This document shows positions 40,056 to 50,099 of a DNA stretch of 64,000 nt, piece after piece. Position 1 is the stretch's first letter. The number at the start of each line of letters is the position of its first letter. The notes beneath the pieces are model-generated. The model saw only the letters and a list, made by a program, of their open reading frames with translations. It was not told the DNA's origin and searched no databases. Source of the DNA: Sphingobacteriales bacterium (GTDB taxonomy: Bacteria; Bacteroidota; Bacteroidia; Chitinophagales; JADIYW01); assembly GCA_016699615.1 (NCBI GenBank), contig CP064984.1, positions 1,358,185 through 1,422,184 of the forward strand, written 5' to 3'. A program made the translations under genes and the position numbers.

Positions 40056-41128
40056 TTATTTTAATTTTATTGGTCCGCTTCCTACCTCATCATAAATTAC
40101 CTTCCTTTGCTCACAGTATTCTAACAATATGTTGGTAATGAATGTTTCTACTTCAGGTGCATTTTCTTTGGGATACAATAAGTGTACATTTGGTCCTGCA
40201 TCTAATGTATAGTACAAAGGTACGTTATTTTTTGTTCTGTAGTCTTTTATTAGATCTATAATTTTCAGTGTATTAGGTTGCAATAAGATAAATGAAGGAT
40301 TAGAACACATCATTAAAGCATGAAGGTAAGTGCCTCTTGCTCTACAATTCTACCAAAATCATCTAAATTGCCATTTTCTAAAGCCTTAAGTAGCTCATCA
40401 AAGTGATGTTTTGCTTGTTTATACCTAGATTCGGCAAAGAAATTATTGTCCATTAAGGCATGTCCAGCTCTACTAGACACAGATTTCTCATCAGATGAAA
40501 CTATCAATATAGCATCTTTATAAGATTTAAAAACGGGATGAATTTTTTCCTCAAATCCAATAGCATGTTCATTGCTTGAAAATGGAATGTTTTCATCTTT
40601 TCCCCAAACTGAAATGTATGGAAATATTGACCTACAAGCACTTCCAGAGCCTAAACGTGCTATAAAGCTTGATTTTTCTATAAATTCAGCTGGTCTTAGT
40701 CCGCCAGCAATTGTATTTTCAATATCTGACAAGCATAGTACCAATGCAGACATGGATGATGCAGAACTTGCAATTCCTGTTGAATGTGGGAAAGAATTGT
40801 AACTTTCTATTTTTAATTCTAAGTATTTTAAAAATGGAAAATATACTTCAATACTGCTCAGAAACTGAACAATTTTAGCTTTAAATTTTTCATTCTCTTT
40901 TCCTTCAAATAAAAAACTGATTGAAAGCTGTCCATCTACTTCTTTTTTACCTTGGTAGTGAATGGTAGTTTCTGTAAATGCTTTTGAAAGTGTAAAACTA
41001 ATATTTGGATTTTTTGGTAGCTGATTGCCGTATTTTCCCCAGTATTTTACTAGTGCAATATTTGATGGAGAACGCCATGATACTGTACCATGTACATTTT
41101 TATAAGGATTATTTATTGAGCTCATCAA
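40056..41128 (-). pseudogene. mvaD: Diphosphomevalonate decarboxylase, frameshifted
   Basis: ORFs 40313-41128 (…NIALVKYWGK…GIASSASS…GSGSACRS…EQEALTFML*) and 40056-40313 (MMCSNPSFILLQPNT…YYTLDAGPNVHLLYP) are consecutive parts of one enzyme. Restoring one C near 40326-40327 gives EALTLHALMMCSNPSF. Confidence 0.85.
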
Positions 41129-41196
41129 TCGTATAGAAAATTGTTAATTGATGTTGTAAAAATAAGTTATTTTGTTAGAATTGAAGAAGAAAAACT

Positions 41197-41204
41197 TACT
41201 TTTG
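41197..41204 (+). promoter_or_regulatory. Candidate -7 promoter box (TAnnTTTG)
   Basis: TACTTTTG about 42 nt upstream of the ATG at 41246. Confidence 0.4.
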
Positions 41205-41245
41205 TAGCTTTTGGAATGATTTGTGAGATAAAATATAAGAAGAAA

Positions 41246-42442
41246 ATGAAGCAACTATTCACATTAATTATAATATTATTTTCTATATGTACGCTTAGTT
41301 ACTGCCAACAAAACAATGATAGTACGGAAAATAAAGTTTTTAAACAAAAAAAATACACACAAGATGAGTATCTAAATAACAGAAAGATAGATATAAATAT
41401 AAAAGATACTAACATTCAACAAAAAATACATGCATTAGATTGTTATTTTGCTAAAAGGGTTGATTCTTTAGGATTTAATGGTTCTGTGCTTATCAGCTAC
41501 AAAGGAACACCAATATTGGAAGGATACTATGGATATTCAAATTATTATACCAAAAACAAACTAAATAAGAGGTCAACATTTCAGATAGCATCTACAAGCA
41601 AAACATTTACATCAGCTGCAATTTTGTTGTTACATCAAGAAGGATATCTGAATATAGATGATACATTACAAAAATATTTTCCAACTTTTCCATACAAAGG
41701 CATTACAGTACGTATGTTACTCAACCATAGATCTGGATTGCCTAATTATCTTAATTTTTCAGAAACATATTGGGCTAAAAAAACCATATACATGAACAAC
41801 GAAGATGTATTGGCTCAGCTTCAAAAATTTAAGCCAAAAAGTTTAGCATATCCAAACACAAAATTCTATTATAACAATACAAACTATGTCTTGTTAGCTT
41901 TAATAATTGAAAAAGCAAGTGGTTATAGTTATAAAGATTTTATGCACCAATTTATATTTAATCCATTAGGAATGCACGACACACATGTATTTGACCCAAA
42001 AAACCAAGGAAAGAACGAAGTATTAGGGTACAAAGGCAGTAGCTGGAAAGAAGATAATATTGTGTACACAGATGGTGTAGTTGGAGACAAAGGAATCTAT
42101 TCTACAGTATTAGATTTGTATAAATGGGATCAGGTATTATATGCAGGAAAGCTGATAAAACCAGAAATTTTAAACTTAGCTTATACACCACAAAGTTTTG
42201 AGAAACCAGGAAACAAAAATTATGGACTAGGTTGGCGTATGACAGACCAAGAAGACGGCACCAGAATAATTTACCACAATGGTTGGTGGCATAGCTTTAA
42301 TTCTGTTTTTAACAGAAAAATTAGCGATGGTACATGTATCATTGTACTTAGCAATCATTATAGCCAAAGTGTATATAAAATAAAAGAAATATGGGATATT
42401 CTATATCCAAATCAAGATGTGGACATGAGTTCTGAACAATAA
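41246..42442 (+). CDS. Serine hydrolase, beta-lactamase/PBP4* family, exported
   Basis: ORF 41141-42442; the likely start is ATG 41246 (MKQLFTLIIILFSICTLSYCQ signal peptide). Active-site motif FQIASTSKTF (SxxK). Confidence 0.8.
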   Translation: MKQLFTLIIILFSICTLSYCQQNNDSTENKVFKQKKYTQDEYLNNRKIDINIKDTNIQQKIHALDCYFAKRVDSLGFNGSVLISYKGTPILEGYYGYSNYYTKNKLNKRSTFQIASTSKTFTSAAILLLHQEGYLNIDDTLQKYFPTFPYKGITVRMLLNHRSGLPNYLNFSETYWAKKTIYMNNEDVLAQLQKFKPKSLAYPNTKFYYNNTNYVLLALIIEKASGYSYKDFMHQFIFNPLGMHDTHVFDPKNQGKNEVLGYKGSSWKEDNIVYTDGVVGDKGIYSTVLDLYKWDQVLYAGKLIKPEILNLAYTPQSFEKPGNKNYGLGWRMTDQEDGTRIIYHNGWWHSFNSVFNRKISDGTCIIVLSNHYSQSVYKIKEIWDILYPNQDVDMSSEQ

Positions 42443-42496
42443 AAATTAGAGTTTAAACTTTTATTCAATATGTTGTGTTTTTATTTTAAAATGAAA

Positions 42497-42504
42497 TACA
42501 TTTG
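42497..42504 (+). promoter_or_regulatory. Candidate -7 promoter box (TAnnTTTG)
   Basis: TACATTTG about 32 nt upstream of the sucB ATG. Confidence 0.4.
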
Positions 42505-42535
42505 TATTAGAATATTATTGTAAAAAATAAAGAAA

Positions 42536-43765
42536 ATGAAACAAGAAATAAAAGTACCATCAATTGGAGAATCAGTAAATGAAGTAACCTTAGCATCTTG
42601 GTTGGTAGAAGATGGAGATTATGTTGAGCTAGACCAACCACTAGCAGAATTTGAGTCTGACAAGGCAACATTTGAGCTTCCTGCAGAGGTTGCTGGCATT
42701 GTAACAAGAGTTGCAAAAGAAGGCGATGATATAAAAATAGGAGAAGTAGTAGCGACAATAGATACAAGTGCAAGTAAAACATCAAACGATAATAAACAAG
42801 AAGAAAAAGCTATAGAACAACCAAAAACTGAAAGTAAAGCAGCAGTTGAGAAAAATATTACACAAGAAAATAATTATGCAACAGGCACAGCATCTCCAGC
42901 AGCTAAAAAAATATTAGACGAAAAAAACATAAATACTTCAGAAGTTAGCGGAACTGGCGTTTCTGGAAGAATTACAAAAGAAGATGCAATTAAAGCTGAA
43001 AAACAAACAGCAAAACAAGAAACCATAGTTGCCCCAAAACAAGAAGTACAAAAAGTAGTTGGAGAAAGAAACGAAAGAGTTGAGAAATTAACAAGAATAA
43101 GAAAAACAATTTCAAAAAGATTGGTTGAAGTAAAAAACCAAACAGCCATGCTAACTACTTTCAACGAAGTAGATATGACAGCTATCAATGAGATAAGAGC
43201 AAAATACAAAGATGCATTTTATGAGCAAAACAATATAGGCTTAGGCTTTATGTCGTTTTTCACAAAAGCTGTTTGTCAGGCATTACAAAAATTTCCAGCA
43301 GTAAATGCTTACATTACTGATGAGAATATGATTTTTCACGATTTCTGTGACATTTCTATTGCTGTGTCAACAGAAAGAGGTTTGGTAGTTCCAGTAATTA
43401 GAAATGCAGAAACACTAAGTTTTGCAGGAATCGAAAAAGAAATAAAAAGATTAGCTACACTTGCCAGAAACAACGAACTAAGCATTCAAGATATGGAAGG
43501 CGGCACATTTACAATAACAAATGGTGGCGTTTTTGGCTCATTAATGAGTACACCAATCATCAACCAACCACAAAGTGCAATTTTAGGTATGCATAAAGTA
43601 CAAGATAGACCAATGGTTATTAACGGAAGTATTGAAATAAGACCAATGATGTATATTGCGCTTTCATACGACCATAGAATAATTGATGGAAAAGACAGTG
43701 TTAGTTTCTTGGTTGCAGTAAAAGATTATTTAGAAAATCCTGAAAAATTATTAATAGGATTATAA
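42536..43765 (+). CDS. sucB: Dihydrolipoyllysine-residue succinyltransferase (E2 of 2-oxoglutarate dehydrogenase)
   Basis: 409-aa ORF with a lipoyl domain ([13 protein letters not shown]), a subunit-binding domain (ASPAAKKIL), and the catalytic motif SYDHRIIDG. Confidence 0.9.
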   Translation: MKQEIKVPSIGESVNEVTLASWLVEDGDYVELDQPLAEFESDKATFELPAEVAGIVTRVAKEGDDIKIGEVVATIDTSASKTSNDNKQEEKAIEQPKTESKAAVEKNITQENNYATGTASPAAKKILDEKNINTSEVSGTGVSGRITKEDAIKAEKQTAKQETIVAPKQEVQKVVGERNERVEKLTRIRKTISKRLVEVKNQTAMLTTFNEVDMTAINEIRAKYKDAFYEQNNIGLGFMSFFTKAVCQALQKFPAVNAYITDENMIFHDFCDISIAVSTERGLVVPVIRNAETLSFAGIEKEIKRLATLARNNELSIQDMEGGTFTITNGGVFGSLMSTPIINQPQSAILGMHKVQDRPMVINGSIEIRPMMYIALSYDHRIIDGKDSVSFLVAVKDYLENPEKLLIGL

Positions 43766-43781
43766 TATATTTTTTAATTGA

Positions 43782-44963
43782 ATGAAATACAAATTAATAT
43801 TCATAGTTTGTTGTTTTGTTAGTACTGTTGGTTTTGCTCAAAAATCAAATAAAAAAAAAACAAGCAATCCATATTATATTGTAAAAAACTTAGAAGATAA
43901 AAAACTACAAAATATTAATAAGAAGATAGATTCATTAACTTCTATTAAATTACCAAATGATGCAAAACTGATTAAGCACAAAGCATATTACAGTGCATAT
44001 TCTACTATTTATAAGCAACCATATTGGGTAGCACACATTATACCTAAAGATATTTTGTATGGTTCATACACAAGAAATGATGGTTTTGTAAAAGATAGTT
44101 TGTACTTAAACACGGCAGACAGCACAGACTATTGGGCAAGTGGCTACGATAGAGGACATTTGGCACCAGCAGCAGATTTTAGATGGCACAAAGATGCTAT
44201 CAAAGAATCATTTTACTATACAAATGTGGCACCACAACTCAAAAATTTTAACAGAGGCGCTTGGTCAAAATTAGAAACTTTGGTAAGAGAATTTGCCATA
44301 GATGCCAATGAAGTATATGTGATTACAGGTGCAGTGCTCAACAATAAATTACCAAAACTACAACAAGGTTCATATCAAGTATCAATACCAAAATATTATT
44401 ATAAAATAGTGTATGATATCTATCCACCAGAATACAAAGCAATAGCATGTATGATGCCTAACCAAGATATAAGTTTTGATTTAACAAAATACATTGTAAG
44501 TGTAGATTCTATAGAAAATCTTACAGGATTTGATTTTATGAATATTTTGCCAGATAGTATTGAAAATAGAATAGAGAAACAAAGCAAAATAATAGATTGG
44601 GACAAAAATTATCTTTCATTTTCTGGAAATGAAATATCTAAAAATTATGGTAATAATAAAATTAATACACTTGAGGCTAAAGATATGATTGGCAAACAAA
44701 GCACTGTATGCGGAAAAGCAGTAAGTATCAAGTTTGTTGAAAATGGAAAATCAAATCCAACGTATATTAACTTAGATAAAAAATTTCCAGACCAATTATT
44801 TACTATCGTAATCTATGAAAATGTAAGGAACAAACTAAGTTATATTCCTGAAGAAAAATTAATGAATAAAGAAATTTGCGTTTCAGGAAAAGTAGAACAA
44901 TACAAAGGCGTTCCACAGATTATATTACAAAAAGAAAAAGACATTGAACTGATAGAAAAATGA
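43782..44963 (+). CDS. Secreted DNA/RNA non-specific endonuclease with a C-terminal OB-fold-like domain
   Basis: 393-aa ORF with a signal peptide and the beta-beta-alpha-Me active site GYDRGHLAPAADF...NVAPQ. The C-terminus (TVCGKAVSIKF...ICVSGKVEQYKGVPQIIL) looks like an OB fold. Confidence 0.8.
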   Translation: MKYKLIFIVCCFVSTVGFAQKSNKKKTSNPYYIVKNLEDKKLQNINKKIDSLTSIKLPNDAKLIKHKAYYSAYSTIYKQPYWVAHIIPKDILYGSYTRNDGFVKDSLYLNTADSTDYWASGYDRGHLAPAADFRWHKDAIKESFYYTNVAPQLKNFNRGAWSKLETLVREFAIDANEVYVITGAVLNNKLPKLQQGSYQVSIPKYYYKIVYDIYPPEYKAIACMMPNQDISFDLTKYIVSVDSIENLTGFDFMNILPDSIENRIEKQSKIIDWDKNYLSFSGNEISKNYGNNKINTLEAKDMIGKQSTVCGKAVSIKFVENGKSNPTYINLDKKFPDQLFTIVIYENVRNKLSYIPEEKLMNKEICVSGKVEQYKGVPQIILQKEKDIELIEK

Positions 44964-44970
44964 TATTTTA

Positions 44971-46056
44971 TCAATTATAAAATGATAAAATTTTTTGTAT
45001 AATATATTGTACATTATCTATTTCAAGCTCAGGAAATATTGGCAAAGACAACACTTGTTGACATAATTGTTCAGCATTTTTCAATGAAATATTCTGTTTG
45101 TATGCCACTTGTTGGTGCGCACACAATGGATAGTACACAACAGTTTCTATCTGTTCATTTTTTAGATAATCTTGCAAACTATCTCTCTCATTGTTTTTTA
45201 CTTTTATAGTATATTGATGATAAGCATGTGCGTTTTTTTGTTTTGGAATAATTACATTATCTATATTTTTCAATGCTTCATCGTATATTGACGATATATG
45301 TTTTCGCTTCTGAATAAAAGTATCTAAGTGTTTTAGTTTAATGCTTAAAATTTTAGCTTGGATAGCATCTAATCTAGAATTTATACCAACATACTCATGA
45401 TAATATTTTTTATTCTGTCCATGATTTGTAAGCTTTCTTAGCTTTTCTGCTACATAATTATTGTTAGTCATTACTGCACCACCATCACCATAACATGCCA
45501 AGTTTTTAGTAGGAAAAAATGATGTAGTAATGATGCTATTTCTCGTAATATTTTTTTCAGCACCAATACATTGCGCAGCATCTTCAATTAACAATATTCC
45601 ATTTTCATTACAGAACGTAGCTATCTCATCAATATCTTCAACAATTTGTCCAAATAAATGCGTAACAATAATTGCCTTTACTTCGTTGGTTAGTACAGCT
45701 TTTATTTTTTCTAAATTAATATTGAATGTATCATTACATACATCAGCAAAAATAATATTATAGCCAAGTAAGGTTGCCACTTCTACAGCAGCAATATAAT
45801 TGAACGTAGGAATAATAATACTTGAATTTTTTGGCAAATTAGCACTAAGTAATGCCAACATCAATGCATCAGTACCATTGCCACAAGATACCACATGTTG
45901 AATGCCTAAATAGCTTGCCAATTCTTGCTCAAATTGATGTACAGCTTCGCCACCAATAAATTTTCCAGACGCACAAGTAGAACTTATAGCATCATCAATT
46001 TCTTTTTTTAAAGATTGATATTGTAGTTGTAAATCAAAAAAAGGAATTGTTGCCAT
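44971..46056 (-). CDS. DegT/DnrJ/EryC1/StrS-family sugar aminotransferase
   Basis: ORF 44971-46086; the likely start is ATG 46056 (MATIPFFDLQLQY). The FFPTKNL motif holds the PLP lysine. Confidence 0.85.
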   Translation of the reverse strand: MATIPFFDLQLQYQSLKKEIDDAISSTCASGKFIGGEAVHQFEQELASYLGIQHVVSCGNGTDALMLALLSANLPKNSSIIIPTFNYIAAVEVATLLGYNIIFADVCNDTFNINLEKIKAVLTNEVKAIIVTHLFGQIVEDIDEIATFCNENGILLIEDAAQCIGAEKNITRNSIITTSFFPTKNLACYGDGGAVMTNNNYVAEKLRKLTNHGQNKKYYHEYVGINSRLDAIQAKILSIKLKHLDTFIQKRKHISSIYDEALKNIDNVIIPKQKNAHAYHQYTIKVKNNERDSLQDYLKNEQIETVVYYPLCAHQQVAYKQNISLKNAEQLCQQVLSLPIFPELEIDNVQYIIQKILSFYN

Positions 46057-46060
46057 TTTT

Positions 46061-46621
46061 CTATTTATAATGATGACAAGATACAATATGATCGTTCACC
46101 AATCCAGTTGCTTGCATGTGCGCATACAAAGTGGTAGAGCCCAAAAATTTAAAACCTCTTTTTTTCATGTCTTTTGCCAATGCATCAGAAATTGGTGTTG
46201 TGGCAGGCACTTCTTTAAGTACTTTCCATTTGTTGATGATTGGTTTGCCACCAACAAAACTCCAAATATAATTGCAAAATGTGCCAAATTCTTTTTGTAC
46301 TTCCAAAAATCGTTGCGCATTATTGATAGTAGATTCTATTTTTGCTCTATTTCTAATAATTCCTGTGTCTTGCATTAGCCTTTCTACATCGTCAGGTGTC
46401 ATTTTTGCCACTTTTTTATAGTCAAAATTTTTAAATGCTTTTCTGTAGCCCTCGCGTCTTTGCAAAATTGTCCACCAACTTAGTCCAGCTTGCGCAGATT
46501 CTAAGACAAGAAACTCAAATTGTTTTGTATCATCAAAAATAGGAACGCCCCATTCTTCATCATGGTATTTTTCGTACAATGGTTTGCCTATGCACCAGCC
46601 ACATCTTATTTTTTCGCTCAT
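46061..46621 (-). CDS. tag: DNA-3-methyladenine glycosylase I
   Basis: 186-aa ORF: RCGWC...YHDEEWGVP, LESAQAGLSW, and a C-terminal H...C zinc-snap. Confidence 0.9.
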   Translation of the reverse strand: MSEKIRCGWCIGKPLYEKYHDEEWGVPIFDDTKQFEFLVLESAQAGLSWWTILQRREGYRKAFKNFDYKKVAKMTPDDVERLMQDTGIIRNRAKIESTINNAQRFLEVQKEFGTFCNYIWSFVGGKPIINKWKVLKEVPATTPISDALAKDMKKRGFKFLGSTTLYAHMQATGLVNDHIVSCHHYK

Positions 46622-46634
46622 AATTATTAATATT

Positions 46635-47574
46635 TTATGCTCGCCAAATCATTTTTAGTGTATGAAATAACGTAGTTCTATAGAATTTATTTTTAATATA
46701 AATCATCTTCCTCTTCCAACCTTTTGTATGTTCTAATAGTAAGAATTGCTCAAGAATTTGCTTTTCTTTTTCTGGCAACAAACTACTGTATTGTTGTTGG
46801 AATGCTTTTAGCTTGTTCAATTCTAACCATTAGATGTTTAATATATTCATCTTGCGTCGAAAAGTTTTTATAAAATCGTTTTAATCGCATCCAATTGTTA
46901 TTCTTTCTTTGAGTAACATTTTCACCATGATTTCGAATCAAAACTAATTGTTCTTCTGTAGCAATTGCTTGTCCAAAAACTACTGTAACCAAGGACAACC
47001 AATGATCGTGCAAAATTGCATTTTTTGGAATTGGGAAAGCCATATTTTTCAATTCTTGATGCATGAGGATTGTACAACCATGAGGAATATTCTGCATCAA
47101 AAGTCTATTAAATGTAAAATGTTTTGGATGTAGATAGGCTAATTTCCAAAAAGAATCATGCGTTGTATTGTCATATTTATCAATGATTTTCATGTCAGAA
47201 TACACAAAACATATTGATTTATTTGATTTTTTCAAGTATTCATCTATCAAAACCATTGATTTTTCAATCTTTTCTGGAATCCAAATATCATCTTGGTCGC
47301 AAAATGCAATGAATTTTGCTGTACTGTGTTTTGCAAGCTCATTGAAATTTTGGGTTACACCTAAATTTCCAAGATTATCTTCAATGATGTGAATTTTGTT
47401 TGGATATTTTTGTTGGTATGTTGCTAAAATTTGTGGTGTATTGTCAGTTGAACCATCATCTCTAATCCAAATTTTTAAATTAGAATACGTTTGTGCCAAA
47501 ACAGAATCTATCTGCTTGTGCAAATATTTTTCACCATTATAAGTAGCCAATAATATGTCTATAGGTTCTTCCAT
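46635..47574 (-). pseudogene. Glycosyltransferase family 2, probably frameshifted near its 3' end
   Basis: ORF 46783-47574 (DILLATYNGEKYL...RDDGSTDNT...DQDD) stops at 46783. The overlapping ORF 46635-46820 in another frame fills the whole gap to tag and ends with a GT2-like tail (KNKFYRTTLFHTLKMIW). The join must lie within about 46785-46830. Confidence 0.5.
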
Positions 47575-47577
47575 TTC

Positions 47578-48426
47578 TTATAATTGATGATAGCCTAATT
47601 GTTGTAACAAAGCATCATTTTTTATTTGCTGATAAAATCTAACATAGTTTTCATTATTTAAAAATGCATATGCTCTATTTTTTTGCACTGTTTGAGTTGC
47701 TTGTTGTATTTTTTCTTCATTGGTATCTAAATCACAAAAAACACTCAGTTTTTTCAATTCTGCTTCAGGATTTGATAAGAATTGCTCATATTGAAGTAAA
47801 TAATAAGCATCATTGCTTTCTTGTAAATGCAAAGCTTGAGTTACATATTCTTTCCAAAGTTGGTAGCCTTGTTCTAAATCGTATAGTCTAAAATTATAGT
47901 TGAATTTATATGTCAATAAAAAATCTCTTTTTAGTTTTTTCTTCCAGTTCCATTCAAATTGATTTTTCATAGCTAAGTCGCGCTCAATATAACTTGAAAT
48001 GCAATCAATAGGATTTCTGTAAACATGTATTATTTTAGGATTTGGGAAAACTGATTTCCAAAAATTAAGTGTAAATGTATTTTTTGGATCTTTCCAGCCG
48101 AAAGGGAAACCTACATCAGCAATTGAATTATATTGATTAGATAGATTGCCTAAATATTTTTTTTTTCTTGAAGATTGAACAAAATATTGCAAGGCTTCTT
48201 CTAAAATAATTTTTGTTGTAGGATTGGTGTATTGCAAATTATGTGGAAGTTCAGGTTTTGCTGTATGCAAATCAAAAATCCAATTGTTTATTTCCCAAAA
48301 AAATAATGCTTCGTGGTTAATTTCTTTTTCTGTACCAACAAATAAACCTATGTTTTCTAATAACTTAGTAATCATAGTTGTACCACTACGATGCATGCCT
48401 AAAATAATAATTGGTTGTTGGCTCAT
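47578..48426 (-). CDS. Sulfotransferase family protein (PAPS-dependent)
   Basis: 282-aa ORF with the 5'-phosphosulfate-binding loop IIILGMHRSGTTMITKLL and the downstream motif IIHVYRNPIDCISS. Confidence 0.75.
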   Translation of the reverse strand: MSQQPIIILGMHRSGTTMITKLLENIGLFVGTEKEINHEALFFWEINNWIFDLHTAKPELPHNLQYTNPTTKIILEEALQYFVQSSRKKKYLGNLSNQYNSIADVGFPFGWKDPKNTFTLNFWKSVFPNPKIIHVYRNPIDCISSYIERDLAMKNQFEWNWKKKLKRDFLLTYKFNYNFRLYDLEQGYQLWKEYVTQALHLQESNDAYYLLQYEQFLSNPEAELKKLSVFCDLDTNEEKIQQATQTVQKNRAYAFLNNENYVRFYQQIKNDALLQQLGYHQL

Positions 48427-48444
48427 TTTTATTATTTTTGAACT

Positions 48445-49134
48445 ATGTCTTTACAAGTATTATACGAAGATAATCATATTATTGCTGTAAATAAAAAATC
48501 TGGTGATATTGTACAAGCAGATATTACCAAAGATGAACCTATTACAGAAGAAATAAAACGCTATATAAAAGAAAAATACGATAAACCTGGTGCTGTTTTC
48601 TTGGGCGTTATTCATAGAATAGATAGGCCAGTGAGTGGTGTGGTGCTTTTTGCTAAAACAAGCAAAGCTTTGGCAAGAATGAATGTTTTATTTAAAAATA
48701 AAAAAATTGAAAAAACATATTGGGCTGTTGTAAAACAGAAACCACAAGAAGAACATGGTACATTAATACATTATCATTTAAAAGACGAGCAACGTAAAAA
48801 AGCTAAGTTATTCAATAAAGAAGTAGCGCATAGTAAAATATGCGAATTGGATTATACACTTCTTATGTCTTCAGATAATTATCATCTATTAGAAATACAT
48901 CCAAAGACAGGAAGATTCCACCAAATAAGAGCACAGCTAAGCAAAATTGGTTCACCAATAAAAGGCGATTTGAAATATAATTTTGATAGACCAAATGCTG
49001 ATGCATCAATACACTTGCATGCAAGAAAAATAGAATTTATACATCCAGTGAGTGAGAAAAAGCTAGAGATAATTGCACCAGTGCCAAGTGAAAATGTAGT
49101 GTGGCAATATTTTGAAAAGAACTTAAATAAGTAA
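48445..49134 (+). CDS. RluA-family RNA pseudouridine synthase (no S4 domain)
   Basis: 229-aa ORF with the catalytic motif VIHRIDRPVSGVVLFAK and the downstream HQIRAQL. Confidence 0.85.
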   Translation: MSLQVLYEDNHIIAVNKKSGDIVQADITKDEPITEEIKRYIKEKYDKPGAVFLGVIHRIDRPVSGVVLFAKTSKALARMNVLFKNKKIEKTYWAVVKQKPQEEHGTLIHYHLKDEQRKKAKLFNKEVAHSKICELDYTLLMSSDNYHLLEIHPKTGRFHQIRAQLSKIGSPIKGDLKYNFDRPNADASIHLHARKIEFIHPVSEKKLEIIAPVPSENVVWQYFEKNLNK

Positions 49135-49316
49135 GTATATTGTGTTATGACATATACTGATTTATAATATGACTGAGATTGGTTGCTTAATAAAATAAAC
49201 ATATAATTATACTTTGAATCTTATCTTCACATCTTCTTAGTATTAAGTTCACAAACCATTGTATATTAATGATTTTTTCTTAATAGCTTACTAAAACTAT
49301 ATTAAAATATAGTGTA

Positions 49317-49324
49317 TAAATTTG
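49317..49324 (+). promoter_or_regulatory. Candidate -7 promoter box (TAnnTTTG)
   Basis: TAAATTTG about 20 nt upstream of the ATG at 49345. Confidence 0.4.
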
Positions 49325-49344
49325 CTGTATAAATTATTTATAAA

Positions 49345-50025
49345 ATGAAAACAGATTCCAAAGACAAGTTCAAAGAAGCATTTGATGTATTAGTTAATGA
49401 CTTAAATGCAAAAGTTGAAGAATTTCGCCAAAACCTACAAAACTTTACAAGTGATGTAAAAGTACAAGTAGAAGGACAAAAAGAAAACTTACAAGAGTAC
49501 GGCGAGAAACTAAAAGGAACAATAACAAAAGTAATTGATTTAGACAAAGTAGATAAAGCAAGAGAAGACATTTTAGCAGAAGCAGAGAATGTAATTGATG
49601 AAGCAAAACACAAATTAGATTCTTTCTTTAAAACTGTGGCAGATAGAGTAAATATGGGCGAGAAAAAAGCTAAAGAAGCTGCAAACAATTTTACAAAGCA
49701 AGCAAAACAAACTTCAGAAAAAGTAGAAAAAGAATTGAAAAAAACTGCTAAAGAAGTTGAGAAAAATATAGAAAAGAATACAAAGAAAGTTACAAGCGAA
49801 GTAAAGAAAACAGTAACTAAAGCAGAGAAAGAAGTAAAATCTACAGTAAATACAGCTGCTAAAAAAGTAGAAAAAATAGCTGAAGATGTACAAAAAAGCG
49901 TGAGCAAAAAAGCACCAGCGAAAAAAGTAGCAGCCAAAGCGCCAGCAAAAAAGGCAGCAGCAAAAGCACCAGTAAAAAAAGCTCCAACTAAAGCGCCAGC
50001 AAAAAAAGCAGCAGCGAAAAAATAG
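49345..50025 (+). CDS. Histone H1-like / Lys-Ala-rich protein with an amphipathic-helix (LEA/apolipoprotein-like) N-terminal half
   Basis: 226-aa ORF. The C-terminus KKAPAKKVAAKAPAKKAAAKAPVKKAPTKAPAKKAAAKK is a classic bacterial H1-like tail. The N-terminal ~185 aa are K/E/A/V-rich helical repeats. Confidence 0.7.
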   Translation: MKTDSKDKFKEAFDVLVNDLNAKVEEFRQNLQNFTSDVKVQVEGQKENLQEYGEKLKGTITKVIDLDKVDKAREDILAEAENVIDEAKHKLDSFFKTVADRVNMGEKKAKEAANNFTKQAKQTSEKVEKELKKTAKEVEKNIEKNTKKVTSEVKKTVTKAEKEVKSTVNTAAKKVEKIAEDVQKSVSKKAPAKKVAAKAPAKKAAAKAPVKKAPTKAPAKKAAAKK

Positions 50026-50049
50026 AATTTTGTTTAGTGGAATATTTTT

Positions 50050-50083
50050 TGTGGCTCGTCATTTTGGCGAGCCACATTCTTTT
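50050..50083 (+). terminator. Rho-independent terminator of the histone-like gene
   Basis: Perfect 8-bp GC-rich stem GTGGCTCG / CGAGCCAC with a 9-nt loop, followed by ATTCTTTTT. Confidence 0.75.
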
Positions 50084-50099
50084 TAAAGCAAATTATGAA

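Noticed and set aside
41141-41245. N-terminal extensions of listed ORFs (for example 41141-41245; also 46057-46086, 51460-51531, 60295-60339 and 13523-13546).
   Set aside because: Internal ATGs give canonical signal peptides or family-typical N-termini, and the extensions overlap promoter boxes or neighbouring genes.
49338-49937. 199-aa minus-strand ORF antisense to the histone-like gene.
   Set aside because: It is the mirror image of a low-complexity K/A/E/V-rich coding region (an F/S/T/A-rich nonsense protein). The plus-strand gene has a promoter box, a terminator and a recognisable H1-like tail. The other long antisense ORFs in the track (for example 23560-24117 inside glmS, 14233-14610 inside the M23 gene, and 31035-31466) are rejected for the same reason: they lie inside strongly recognisable genes.
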